The position numbers and the translations under genes were made by a program. A DNA stretch of 64,000 nt, taken from Candidatus Methylomirabilota bacterium. Its GTDB lineage: Bacteria; Methylomirabilota; Methylomirabilia; Rokubacteriales; CSP1-6. Shown here piece by piece: positions 8,394 through 17,691 of this stretch (its first letter is position 1; each line of letters opens with the position of its first letter). The stretch covers positions 65,393-129,392 of the forward strand of contig DASXSB010000013.1 in assembly GCA_036506275.1 (NCBI GenBank), given 5' to 3'. Under the pieces are notes generated by a model. That model searched no databases. It worked only from the letters and a program-made list of their open reading frames with translations, and was not told the DNA's origin.

Positions 8394-9305
8394 CTAGACG
8401 AGCGGATCGTAGTTGAAGTACTGGCCCGACGTCTCCAGCGGCACCACGTGATGCTGGAGGGTGCCCGGAATCATCTCGGCCAGCCGCGCCACCGTCCAGC
8501 CTTCGGCGTGGTGGATGCGCATGAGCGGCCGCATGGCGCCGAAGAGCATGATCTCCTTGCCGCGCACGCCGAACACCTGCCCCGTGATCTCCTTGGCGTC
8601 CTCGGTGGCGAGGAACGCCGCCATGGGCGCGATGTGGGCGGGCGACAGCTTCTTGATCTTGTCGACGCGGGCGCGCTGCGCTTCCGTTTCTTGAGGAATG
8701 GTCCCGATCATCCGGGTCCACGCGAAGGGCGAGATGCAGTTGGCGGTCACATTGTAGCGGGCCATGTCGAGGGCGGTCACCTTCGTGAGCCCGACGATGC
8801 CGAGCTTGGCGGCGGCGTAGTTGGCCTGACCGACGTTGCCGACGAGGCCGGAGGTCGAGGTCATGTTGATGAAGCGTCCCCACTTCTGCTCGCGCATGTG
8901 GGGGGCGGCGGCACGGGTGACCGCGAACGTGCCCTTGAGGTGAGTATTGACGACCGCGTCCCACTCCTCCTCGCTCATGTTGAAGATCATGCGGTCGCGG
9001 AGGATGCCGGCGTTGTTGACGACGATGTCGATGCGGCCGAAGGCGTCGAGCGCGCTGTCGACGATGCGGGAGCCCCCCGCCATGCTCGCCACGGAATCAT
9101 AGTTGGCGACCGCTTCCCCGCCGATGCCCTTGATCGCGTGCACGACCTCGTCGGCGGGGGCCCGCGCCTCGCCGGCGCCGGCCTCGCTCCCGCCGTAGTC
9201 GTTCACCACCACGCGAGCCCCCTCCTGCGCGAGCAGGAGCGCCACTTCCCGGCCGATGCCCCGCGCTGCCCCCGTCACCACCGCGACCTTGCCCTTGAGT
9301 CTCAT
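8394..9305 (-). CDS. SDR-family oxidoreductase with C-terminal extension
   Basis: The start MRLKGKVAVVTGAARGIG carries the TGxxxGIG Rossmann motif. NNAG and the YxxxK motif (YAAAK) are also present. Confidence 0.85.
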   Translation of the reverse strand: MRLKGKVAVVTGAARGIGREVALLLAQEGARVVVNDYGGSEAGAGEARAPADEVVHAIKGIGGEAVANYDSVASMAGGSRIVDSALDAFGRIDIVVNNAGILRDRMIFNMSEEEWDAVVNTHLKGTFAVTRAAAPHMREQKWGRFINMTSTSGLVGNVGQANYAAAKLGIVGLTKVTALDMARYNVTANCISPFAWTRMIGTIPQETEAQRARVDKIKKLSPAHIAPMAAFLATEDAKEITGQVFGVRGKEIMLFGAMRPLMRIHHAEGWTVARLAEMIPGTLQHHVVPLETSGQYFNYDPLV

Positions 9306-9389
9306 GGCCGCACACCATACCAGATTCGTGGAAATCACGCGCCGGGGGCGTGGACGGCGGTCGTGTGGGAGCGGGAGCGGCGCCCGACG

Positions 9390-10181
9390 TCAGCGGCGGC
9401 GGGCGTCGAGGGCGGACACGTAAGCAGCGCCGAACACGAACACGATGGCGGAGTAGTACGCGAACATCACGAAGGCGACGAGCACGCCGAGGGGGCCGTA
9501 GATCTGATCGTAGATGCCGACCTTCCGGATGTAGAGGCGGAAGAGCTGCTTGGCGATCTCCCACAGCATGGCCGCCAGCACCGCGCCCGCCAGCGCGGGC
9601 AGGATGCGCGGCCGCCGGCGCGGCACGTAGCGATACGCGAGATAGAACATCACGGTTCCGAGCCCGAGGCTGAACCCGAGCGTGGTCAGGTAAACGGAGC
9701 GCGGCGCCATCTCCACGAGGATGAATTCCTGGAGCCACTGGAAGAGCCACGTGGCGGAGCTGGCGGCGAAGAGGAGCACGGTGAGGATCAGGACCATGCC
9801 GGAATCGACCACGAGATTCCGGAAGTAGTTGCCGCCCCCGCGCACGCCCAGCATGCGATGGAGGACGAGGCGGGAGGCGCCGAAGAGCGGCGTGGAGAAG
9901 AAGATCAGGATGAGCGTGCCGACGATCCCGGACGTCGCCCGCGTGCGCACGATGCGCAGGAGAACGGCCGTCAGCTCGTGGCGGTAGACGGGAAAATTGC
10001 GCGTGAGCTGGCCCACCACCTCGCTCGCGGCCGCCTCCGTCGACAGCACGAAGCCGACGCTGGAGACGCCGAGGAGGATGAGCGGGATCACGCACACGAG
10101 GAAGAAGAAGGCGAGGCCCGCCGCCAGGAAGAACCCGCTCTCGGCGAGGAATCGCTTGACGGCCGCGCGCAGGCCGAGCAC
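9390..10181 (-). CDS. YihY/BrkB (virulence factor BrkB / RNase BN-like) family membrane protein
   Basis: The C-terminal ~260 aa of the track ORF has YihY topology (LAAGLAFFFLVCVIPLILL...). The proposed start is the GTG at 10181, just downstream of the SDR stop. The upstream Arg-rich part of the ORF is spurious. Confidence 0.6.
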   Translation of the reverse strand: MLGLRAAVKRFLAESGFFLAAGLAFFFLVCVIPLILLGVSSVGFVLSTEAAASEVVGQLTRNFPVYRHELTAVLLRIVRTRATSGIVGTLILIFFSTPLFGASRLVLHRMLGVRGGGNYFRNLVVDSGMVLILTVLLFAASSATWLFQWLQEFILVEMAPRSVYLTTLGFSLGLGTVMFYLAYRYVPRRRPRILPALAGAVLAAMLWEIAKQLFRLYIRKVGIYDQIYGPLGVLVAFVMFAYYSAIVFVFGAAYVSALDARRR

Positions 10182-10192
10182 GCCGGCGCGCT

Positions 10193-10972
10193 CTAGAGCA
10201 GACCGCGCACGACGCCGCCGTCGACCTGGATCGTCACCCCCGTCACGTACGACGCCCGCTCGGAGGCGAGGAACAGCACGACATTGGCGAACTCCTCGGG
10301 CGTGCCGACGCGGCCGAGCGGGATGTCGCCGCTGTGCCGGGCCACGTATTGCTCCGGCGACAGCCCGCTGCCCTTGGCGCCGCCGAGGAAGCGGTCGGTG
10401 AGAATCCGGCCGGGGCACACCGTGTTGACGAGGATGTTGTCCTTGCCGACCTCGCTCGCCAGCGTCTTCATGAGCCCCGCCACGCCGGGACGCACCCCGT
10501 TCGAGAGGAGCAGGCTGTCGATCGGCTGCTTCACCGACGTGGACTGGATGGTGAGGATGCGGCCCCAGCGCCGCTGGCGCATCGTCGGCAGCACCGCCCG
10601 CACGAGGCGCACCACGGACAGCAACGACAGCTCGAACGCCGCCGTCCACTGCTCGTCCGTGAGCTCGTCGAAGCGTCCCCGCGGCGGTCCGCCTGCGTTC
10701 GCGACGAGGATGTCGACGCCCCCGAACTGCTCGTTCGCGCGGCGCACGAGGCGCTCGACGTCGGCCGCACGCGTGACGTCGGCGGGCACGGCCAGCACCT
10801 CTGCCCCCGTCTTGCTGCGCACCTCGTCGGCGGCCGCGCGCAGGTCGTTCTCGGTGCGCGCGCACATGGCCACCCGCGCACCCTCCCCCGCGAAACCGAG
10901 CGCGCACGCCTTGCCCATCCCCTTGCTGGCCGCCGTCACCAACGCCGTCTTGCCGCGCAGTCCGAGATCCAT
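10193..10972 (-). CDS. SDR-family oxidoreductase (FabG-like 3-oxoacyl reductase)
   Basis: 259 aa: LRGKTALVTAASKGMG, NAGG and YVARH(K)-like catalytic region, ending VTGVTIQVDGGVV. Confidence 0.85.
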   Translation of the reverse strand: MDLGLRGKTALVTAASKGMGKACALGFAGEGARVAMCARTENDLRAAADEVRSKTGAEVLAVPADVTRAADVERLVRRANEQFGGVDILVANAGGPPRGRFDELTDEQWTAAFELSLLSVVRLVRAVLPTMRQRRWGRILTIQSTSVKQPIDSLLLSNGVRPGVAGLMKTLASEVGKDNILVNTVCPGRILTDRFLGGAKGSGLSPEQYVARHSGDIPLGRVGTPEEFANVVLFLASERASYVTGVTIQVDGGVVRGLL

Positions 10973-10996
10973 TCCCGCTCCTTCCCGGTGGCGCTT

Positions 10997-11902
10997 CTAC
11001 GGTTGTCGGAAGAACTCGGCGCGGTCGCCGCCGGTGACGTCGACGCGCCGCAGCTTGTTGTCGCGCATGACCTCGAACGTGAGCTGCTCGCCGGGCTCGT
11101 GACGCCAGAGACTCAGATAGAGCTCGCGCCGGCTCCCCAGCTCTTCCGCGTTCAGCGACACGATGAGGTCGCCTTCCTGGAGCCCCGCCCGCTCCCCGGG
11201 CCCGCCGGGAACGAGCCCGGCCACGACGATGCCTTCTTCGATGGGATGGGCGAAGACGCCGAGCCACGCGCGCCGGGGCCGGCTGACGACGCGGCCGAAG
11301 CTGAGCAGCTCCCGCTCGTGCGCGCGATAGTGCGTGAGCGGGATCGAGAGCGAGTTGCGCATGATCTCGTTCAGGTTCAGGTACACGATGCCCACCAGGC
11401 GACCGGGCATCGTGAAGAGCCCGCCGCCGCCGAAGCCGGGATTGGGCGCGCTCGAGATGATCCCGGGCTCGAGCAGGTACTCCCAGTGCGCCTCGAACTC
11501 GCCGAGGTAGGTGATGACGCCGCCGCCCACGCGTCGCTCCTGCGTCCCCGTGGAGGCCGCCGCCACCACGCTGTGGCCGCGTTCGAGGTCGTCGTCGCCG
11601 CCCACCACCGCCGGCGTGAGGCCCTGGCGCTTGATCCGGAGGACGGCAAGGCCGACCTCGAAGTCCTGGCCGACCAGCTCTGCGCGCACCCGGCGTCCCT
11701 TCGGAAAGCCGACGTGGATGGTCTGCGCGCCCATCACCACGTAGTTCACGGTGAGGAGCAGCCCGCTCGCATCCACGATGACGCCGCTGCCCATGCGCTC
11801 GCTGCCGAGGATGCGCGCGGAGGGATGGTCGCGCGGCACCACGGCGTGGATGTTCACGATCGATTCGAGAACGTGGCGGACCAGCTCGACGGAGGCGTCC
11901 AT
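10997..11902 (-). CDS. trypsin-like serine protease with C-terminal PDZ domain (HtrA/DegP-related)
   Basis: 301 aa: SGVIVDASGLLLTVNYVV (S1 fold) and a C-terminal PDZ-like GIVVAGLVPGGPGERAGLQEGDLIVSLN. Confidence 0.75.
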   Translation of the reverse strand: MDASVELVRHVLESIVNIHAVVPRDHPSARILGSERMGSGVIVDASGLLLTVNYVVMGAQTIHVGFPKGRRVRAELVGQDFEVGLAVLRIKRQGLTPAVVGGDDDLERGHSVVAAASTGTQERRVGGGVITYLGEFEAHWEYLLEPGIISSAPNPGFGGGGLFTMPGRLVGIVYLNLNEIMRNSLSIPLTHYRAHERELLSFGRVVSRPRRAWLGVFAHPIEEGIVVAGLVPGGPGERAGLQEGDLIVSLNAEELGSRRELYLSLWRHEPGEQLTFEVMRDNKLRRVDVTGGDRAEFFRQP

Positions 11903-11909
11903 GGGAGCG

Positions 11910-12755
11910 CTACCGGTGGCGGAGGTGCAGGGCGAAGAACTCCTTGACGCGCTGGTGGGCGTCGGCCGCCGCCGCTGGATCGTAGCCGACGGTGGCGCCG
12001 CAGCAGCCGCCCGGGAGATTGTCGTTTTCCACGTCGGACAGGAATTGCCGCGGCATCCCCTCGACGTCGAAGTAGTGGACGTCGCCGTGGTAGAGCACGA
12101 TCGAGACGTCGGCGCCGCGACGCCGCATGTTCGCGGCCACCTCCACGCACGGGCCCGCCTGCGTCCAGTCGTCGACGTCGCCCATGAGGATCAGGAGCGG
12201 CCGCACCGCCAGCTCGTTCACGAGCGACTCGCAGCCCCCCGGATACATGCCGACGGCGGCCGCGAATCCGGGCTCGGGAATGACCACGCCGCGCGCGCGC
12301 GTCCGATCCAGGCTGGGGCCGTTGACGGCGGCCATCGAGAAGACGCCGCCGTTCGACCAGCCGATCACGCCCACGTGGGCGGCATCGACCGCCGGCCGCG
12401 CGTGCAGGTAGCGGAGGGCGCCGATGAGATCGTCGAACCGCTCCGTCGACGGCACCTCCGGCGCCTCCCGCACGCAGCCGTTCGGAATCCCGCGCGCCGC
12501 CCAGCTGTCCACGACGAGCGCGACGTAGCCCTCGCTGCGGAACCATCGCGCCCACTCGCGTGTGGACGGTAAAACGCCATGGCAGCCGTGCAGGAGCACG
12601 ACGGCGGGGAACGGCCCCTGCCCGTGCGGCATGAAGATCTGCGCCGGCACCTGGCGCGACGCCCCCGGCGTGGCGTTGGGGAAGACAAGAGTGGGGCTTG
12701 CACACCCGCAAAGGACGACCGCGGCGATCAGGGTCGCCAGGGCATGCCCGAACAT
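11910..12755 (-). CDS. dienelactone hydrolase-family alpha/beta hydrolase, lipoprotein
   Basis: 281 aa with lipobox AVVLCGCAS, then HGCHG, GWSNGG (nucleophile elbow) and a DLH-like C-terminus. Confidence 0.8.
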   Translation of the reverse strand: MFGHALATLIAAVVLCGCASPTLVFPNATPGASRQVPAQIFMPHGQGPFPAVVLLHGCHGVLPSTREWARWFRSEGYVALVVDSWAARGIPNGCVREAPEVPSTERFDDLIGALRYLHARPAVDAAHVGVIGWSNGGVFSMAAVNGPSLDRTRARGVVIPEPGFAAAVGMYPGGCESLVNELAVRPLLILMGDVDDWTQAGPCVEVAANMRRRGADVSIVLYHGDVHYFDVEGMPRQFLSDVENDNLPGGCCGATVGYDPAAAADAHQRVKEFFALHLRHR

Positions 12756-12796
12756 GGGTTTGAGGATACACCGCCGCCCGCGTAGAATCCGCAGAC

Positions 12797-13417
12797 GTGG
12801 GTGACGCTGTTCGTCTCGTCGTCTATTCCGACTATCTCTGACCGTGGTGCTATCCGGCGGCCGTGCGCCTCCGGCGACTCTCCGAGGAGCTCGGCTCCCG
12901 GCTGACCATCGAGCATCGCGCGTTTCCGCTGCGCCCTGCCCCTGATCCGAGCGTGCGTTTCAAGGGCACCTACCGCGAGGAAGGCTGGCGGCGCTGCGCT
13001 CGCATGTCGGCGGCGGACGGCATCACGTTCACCCCGTGGCCGCACGACACGTTCGCCACGTGGAGTCTCCCCGCTCTCGAAGCCGCCAAATGCGTGGCGC
13101 GGCAGGGCGACGAGGCGCTCTTCGAGCGTGTCCACCTCCGGCTCTACGAGGCCTTCTTCCGCGACAGCCGCAACATCTCCGATCGCGACGAGGTGACCCG
13201 CATCGTCGCCGAAACCGCCGTCGACATACCGCGCTTCACCGCCGATTACGCGTCCGGCGTGGGACGCGAGGCCGTGCTCGCCGACTATCGCGCGGCGGTG
13301 ACCGAGGAGGGCGTACAGGCGATTCCCACCGTGATCGTCGAGGCAACGGGAGAGCGCCTGGTCGGCCTCGCCGACGCCGCCACCTATCGTGCCGCAGTCG
13401 AGGAGGCGGCCGCCTAG
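12797..13417 (+). CDS. DsbA/FrnE-like thioredoxin-fold oxidoreductase with in-frame TGA (candidate selenocysteine, UPWC active site)
   Basis: The reading frame from GTG 12797 gives VGDAVRLVVYSDYL-[TGA 12839-12841]-PWCYPAAVRLRRLSEELG...GVQAIPTVIV (cis-Pro loop). The TGA sits exactly where the first Cys of the CPWC motif belongs. The track shows only the 3' part, from GTG 12863. A TTGAGG-N17-TAGAAT promoter-like sequence lies at 12753-12787. Confidence 0.6.
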
Positions 13418-13420
13418 CGC

Positions 13421-15682
13421 GTGATCGCGCTGCCCTCCGCTCCCCTCCTGTTCGGTCGCGACGCCACCGCCGGCATCGTGGCCGTCGAGCTCGAGCCCGA
13501 TGGTCGCTCCGTACGCGTCTACCGCCGCGAGGGCGACGACCTTCGCGTCGAGATCGAGCCCTTCGCGCCGTGGGCCCTCGTCGGCGATCGCGCGCTCCTG
13601 GACGACGCCCCCAGCGTGACCGGAGTCACGCGCCTCGCGGGCGGCGGCGCCCTCGCCTGGCTCGCGCGCTTCCGCGCCTGGTCGGACGCGCTCGCCGCCC
13701 GCGACCGCTGGCGCGCCCGCCACCCCGGCGGCGCCGCGAGCGCGCCGTTCCTGTTCCCGGCCGACGCCGTGCACCAGTACCTGCTCCAGAGCGGCCGCAC
13801 GTTCTTCAAGGACCTCCGCTTCGGTGATCTGCGTCGGATGGCGCTCGACATCGAGGTCCTCACCACCGAGGGCTTCGACTTTCCCACCGCCGAGCGGGAC
13901 GGCGATCGCATCATCGCCGTCGCCCTCGCCGACTCCTCCGGCTTTCGCCACGTCGTGCGCGGCGATCGGCTCTCGGAGCGCGAGCTGCTCGAAGAGTGCG
14001 TGCGGCTCGTGCGCGAGCGTGACCCCGACGTCCTCGAAGGCCACAACATCTTCCGCTTCGACCTCGAGTACCTGGAAGCGCGCGCGCGCCGCCACGACGT
14101 GCGCCTGGCGTGGGGTCGTGACGGGAGCGCGCTCCGCGGTTATCCCGCACGGTTACAGATCGCGGAGCGGACGATCGGATACCGCCGCTACCAGGTCGCC
14201 GGCCGCCACATCGTCGACACCTGGATGCTGGCCCAGCTCCACGACGCGGGCACGCGCGATCTGCCGTCGTTCGGATTGAAAGATCTCGCGCGCCACTTCG
14301 GCGTGGCCGCCGGCGAGCGGACGTATCTCGATCCCGCCGCCATTCCCCGCGTCTTCCGCGACGATCCCGAGCGCCTCATGGCCTACGCCATCGACGACGC
14401 GGTGGAGACCCTCGGCATCGCCCGCGTGCTCGCACCGCCGTACTTCGCCCAGGCCCAGATGCTGCCGTACGACTTCCAGTCGACCACGCTGCGCGGCGCC
14501 GCCGCCAAGATCGACGCCCTTCTCCTGCGCGAGCACCTCGCGCGCGGCCACGCGGTGCCCATGCCCGGCCCCGCGCGCCCCGTGGGCGGCGGCCACACCG
14601 CGATCTTCCACCAGGGCGTGGCGCGGCCGGCGCTCCATGTCGACGTCACCTCGCTCTATCCCTCGCTGATGCTCGCGCTCGACATCGCGCCCGCCGCCGA
14701 CGATCTCGGCGTCTTCCGCGAGTTGCTCGGTCACCTGCGCGAGTTTCGCGTGAGCGCCAAGCGCCTGGCCCGGGAGGCGCGCGACGAGGCGGAGCGCTTG
14801 CACTTCCATGCTCTCCAGCAATCGTTCAAGATCCTCATCAACGCGTTCTACGGATACCTCGCCTTCGGCGACGCCCACTGGAACGACTTCACCGCCGCCG
14901 ATCAAGTGACGACGGAGGGGCGGCGGGTGGTGGGAACGATCCTGGACCGCCTGCGCGAGCTCGGCGCCACCCCGATCGAGGTCGACACCGACGGCGTCTA
15001 TTTCCTGCCCGCCGACGATCATGGGGCCGACGACGACGACGCGCTCGTGGAACGGCTCATGGCGGACTTGCCGCCGGGAATCAATCTCGAGCTGGATGGG
15101 CGCTACGCGGCGATGCTCAGCTACAAAATGAAGACGTACGCGCTGCTCGACGGCCGCGGCCGACTCACGCTCCGCGGATCCGGTTTCCGCTCGCGCGGTC
15201 TCGAGCCGTTCGCGCGGGCGCTCATCCGCGAGATCGTGCAGTTGCTCGTCCTCGGCCGGCCCAAGGACGTCAAGGCCGTGATCGACCGCTGGCTCGCCGA
15301 CTTCGCCGCCCACCGCGTTCCGCTCCAGGCCTTCGCCCGCACGGAAACGCTGCAGGACTCGCTCGACACCTACCGCGAGCGCGTGCAGGCGGGCGCCCGC
15401 AACCCGTCCGCATGCTACGAGGTGGCGGCGGCCTCCGGGCGCGCGTTCATCCCGGGCGATCAGGTGTCGTACTACGTGAGCGGACGGGGAGCGCGGGTGG
15501 CGGTGAGCGAGTGCGCGAGGCTCGCCGATCTCTGGGACGCGGCGGCGCCCGACGAGAACGTCGAGTTCTATCAGAGCAAGGTGGTGGAAATCGCCGAGCG
15601 CTTCCGCCCGTTCCTCGACTACGAGGGTCTACGTCCCTATATAGAGGACGTGCCCGAGGACCCCCAGCTCAGCCTCTTCTGA
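13421..15682 (+). CDS. polB: family B DNA polymerase (DNA polymerase II-like) with 3'-5' exonuclease domain
   Basis: 753 aa with Exo I DIEVLT, Exo II NIFRFDLEYL, Exo III YAIDDAVET, and polymerase motifs DVTSLYPSLM (A), KILINAFYGYLAF (B), DTDGV (C). Confidence 0.9.
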   Translation: MIALPSAPLLFGRDATAGIVAVELEPDGRSVRVYRREGDDLRVEIEPFAPWALVGDRALLDDAPSVTGVTRLAGGGALAWLARFRAWSDALAARDRWRARHPGGAASAPFLFPADAVHQYLLQSGRTFFKDLRFGDLRRMALDIEVLTTEGFDFPTAERDGDRIIAVALADSSGFRHVVRGDRLSERELLEECVRLVRERDPDVLEGHNIFRFDLEYLEARARRHDVRLAWGRDGSALRGYPARLQIAERTIGYRRYQVAGRHIVDTWMLAQLHDAGTRDLPSFGLKDLARHFGVAAGERTYLDPAAIPRVFRDDPERLMAYAIDDAVETLGIARVLAPPYFAQAQMLPYDFQSTTLRGAAAKIDALLLREHLARGHAVPMPGPARPVGGGHTAIFHQGVARPALHVDVTSLYPSLMLALDIAPAADDLGVFRELLGHLREFRVSAKRLAREARDEAERLHFHALQQSFKILINAFYGYLAFGDAHWNDFTAADQVTTEGRRVVGTILDRLRELGATPIEVDTDGVYFLPADDHGADDDDALVERLMADLPPGINLELDGRYAAMLSYKMKTYALLDGRGRLTLRGSGFRSRGLEPFARALIREIVQLLVLGRPKDVKAVIDRWLADFAAHRVPLQAFARTETLQDSLDTYRERVQAGARNPSACYEVAAASGRAFIPGDQVSYYVSGRGARVAVSECARLADLWDAAAPDENVEFYQSKVVEIAERFRPFLDYEGLRPYIEDVPEDPQLSLF

Positions 15683-15739
15683 ACGGCAGCGCGCGCCACC
15701 GGCCGTGGCCAGCGGCGGCGCCGATACTTCGCGGCCGTG

Positions 15740-16075
15740 TCAGCGGCGCCAGCCGCCTCCACCGCCGGCGCCACCGGGCCGCGCCCCGCGGTCACCCCGC
15801 GGTCCCGCACCGCCGGTGCCGCGCTGAGGCTGCGGTCGCGCCTCGTCCACCACCAAGTTCCGATCCCGGAAGAGACGGCCGTTCAGCATCTCGACGGCCT
15901 TGGTCGCTTCCTCTTTCGTCGCCATCTCCACGAAGCCGAAGCCCCGTGGCCGACCGGTGAACTGGTCCGTGATGATGCGGACGCTTTCCACCGTTCCCGC
16001 CTGCTGGAACAGCTCGCGCAGATCCTCCTCCGTGGCCTGGAAGGAGAGGTTACCCACGAACAGCTTTGCGGCCAT
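15740..16075 (-). CDS. RRM-type RNA-binding protein with Gly/Arg-rich tail
   Basis: RNP2 KLFVGNL and RNP1 RGFGFVEM motifs; 111 aa. A GGAGG SD precedes the ATG. Confidence 0.9.
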   Translation of the reverse strand: MAAKLFVGNLSFQATEEDLRELFQQAGTVESVRIITDQFTGRPRGFGFVEMATKEEATKAVEMLNGRLFRDRNLVVDEARPQPQRGTGGAGPRGDRGARPGGAGGGGGWRR

Positions 16076-16200
16076 CGCACGACCTCCTAGCCCTTGGGGA
16101 AGCGGCGGCTTAAAAGGAAGATCCCCGCTGCCGAAAAGTGCCCAAGCTTAGTTACAGGCGGTGACGCATGTCAAGGCAACTTGGTCTTCCCCAAAAGGCC
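16076..16200 (-). promoter_or_regulatory. lower-GC leader/promoter region of the RRM gene (TTGACA -35 on minus strand at 16169-16174)
   Basis: The minus strand reads ttgacatgcgtcaccgcctgtaactaagct, followed by a ~70-nt leader and GGAGG. Confidence 0.3.
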
Positions 16201-16995
16201 TTAGGGATAGACGCCGCGGGTAGCGCCGCCGTCGACCGTGATGCAGATGCCGGTGATGAAGGAGGCGCGGGCCGAAGCAAGAAAGCATACGAGATCGGCG
16301 ATGTCCTCGGAGGTCGCGATGCGGCCCAGCTTGTAGGGCCCGAGGGCTTCGGCGCGTGCGGCCTCTATGCTCCGTCCGGAGCCCTTTGCCTGCTGCGCGA
16401 GGAGCGATTCCCACCGCTCGGTGGCGGTGGCGGCGGGGGAGACGGCGGTGACGAGGATGTTCGAGGGCGCCCCGAGATCGGCGAGACCTTTCGTGAAGTT
16501 CACGAGCGCCGCGTTGGCGGCGCCACCGGTGAGGTACGTGGGCGCGGGATTGCGGGCGGCGGCGCCCACGACGTTCACGATGCGGCCTCCGCCCTGCTCG
16601 CGCATGAGCGGGAAGACCGCGCGCGCCATCCGGATGTAGCCGAGCAATTTCAAATTCCAGTCCTCGATCCACTGCGCATCCGGGATGTCGAGGAAGCCGC
16701 CGCCCCGGATGGCGCCCGCGTTGTTGACGAGGATGTCGATGCGGCCAAGGCCGTCCTTGGCGGCGCCGACGACGCGCTCCACCTCGGAGAGCTGGGAGAG
16801 ATCGGCGGGGATCACGACCGCGTCCCGTCGCGAGCGCCGGCGGATCTCCTCGGCGGTCTTCTCGAGGGTCGCCTTGTCGCGTGCACACACCGCGACGCGG
16901 GCGCCCTCGGCGGCGAGGCCGAGCGCGATCGCCCGTCCGATTCCCTTGCTGCCACCGGTGACGAGCGCGGTCTTGTCGGCGAGCTCCAGATCCAT
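16201..16995 (-). CDS. SDR-family oxidoreductase
   Basis: 264 aa: LADKTALVTGGSKGIG, NNAG, and a C-terminal ITGICITVDGG. Confidence 0.85.
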   Translation of the reverse strand: MDLELADKTALVTGGSKGIGRAIALGLAAEGARVAVCARDKATLEKTAEEIRRRSRRDAVVIPADLSQLSEVERVVGAAKDGLGRIDILVNNAGAIRGGGFLDIPDAQWIEDWNLKLLGYIRMARAVFPLMREQGGGRIVNVVGAAARNPAPTYLTGGAANAALVNFTKGLADLGAPSNILVTAVSPAATATERWESLLAQQAKGSGRSIEAARAEALGPYKLGRIATSEDIADLVCFLASARASFITGICITVDGGATRGVYP

Positions 16996-17083
16996 GTCCC
17001 TCTCCTCCTCGACCGCCGTCGGCGGCCCTCTCGATTCGTGCGCACCACGTCGAACATCGCGGCGGTGATCACTCGCCCGCTGG

Positions 17084-17686
17084 TCACCTCACCCCCAGCT
17101 CGCGCGGAAACGGTGGCGCCTCCGCGGGAGCCGGACGGTCCCCGTCGTCGACGTCGGCTGGGGCGCCGGCATCGAGCGCGGCCGCGGACGCGCGCACCGC
17201 CGCTGCGAACGGCGAAAGGTCCGCGCCTTCCAGCCGTCGATCGGCGAGGCGCACGGCACCCTCGGCGAGCAGCGTCCGCGCGCCCGCCACGTTGCCGTTG
17301 GCGAGATGCTGATAGCCCACGGCGACTTGGATCAGTCCCTGCAACGCCTCTCGATCGCTCCCGCTGGCCTCCCGCCACAGCGGCTCCAGCACCTCGTGCA
17401 CCTCGAAGAAGAGTCCCACCTCGTACAGCCGCGCCGCCGCGTCGAGGGCGTCGCGCCGCGTGAGCGGCCCCGCGTCGAGACGCCGCCCCGACAGTGCGGC
17501 CGACGCGCGGCGCGCGCGCTCGCGCAGCGACGGCCCGTGCGCCACCGCATCCCCTCCCCACGTCGCCACCGCCGCCTCCCCGGAGGCGAGGGCGGCGAGA
17601 TCGTCGCGCGCTCGCGGGTCGTGCAGCGCCGCCACGATCGTCTCCGCGAGGCGGTCACGCAGCGGTCGCGGGAGCGTGGCGAGCAC
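17084..17686 (-). CDS. DUF309-family protein
   Basis: The FFEVHEVLEPLW...LQGLIQVAVGYQHLANGNVAGA pattern is typical of DUF309. Confidence 0.6.
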   Translation of the reverse strand: MLATLPRPLRDRLAETIVAALHDPRARDDLAALASGEAAVATWGGDAVAHGPSLRERARRASAALSGRRLDAGPLTRRDALDAAARLYEVGLFFEVHEVLEPLWREASGSDREALQGLIQVAVGYQHLANGNVAGARTLLAEGAVRLADRRLEGADLSPFAAAVRASAAALDAGAPADVDDGDRPAPAEAPPFPRELGVR

Positions 17687-17691
17687 GCGCC

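Noticed and set aside
8334-10196. 620-aa plus-strand ORF and the 5' two-thirds of the 625-aa minus ORF 9390..11267
   Set aside because: Both have Arg/Gly-rich composition with no domain signal. They overlap genuine SDR and YihY genes. Only the 3' ~790 nt of the minus ORF, the YihY-like part, looks real.
12797-12862. Alternative explanation that the DsbA-like gene simply starts at GTG 12863 (as in the ORF track) and the upstream region is non-coding
   Set aside because: The 66 nt upstream are in frame and encode RLVVYSDYL-x-PWCY, precisely the DsbA active-site context. A protein starting at 12863 would lack any CxxC. Sec read-through or a very recent nonsense mutation is a better fit. Pseudogene status is kept as a minority possibility.
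16996-17083. Small intergenic gaps (16996-17083, 38291-38364, 43855-43886) checked for terminators or small genes
   Set aside because: Only weak 4-5 bp GC stems without U-tracts, which is not convincing in a 70% GC genome.
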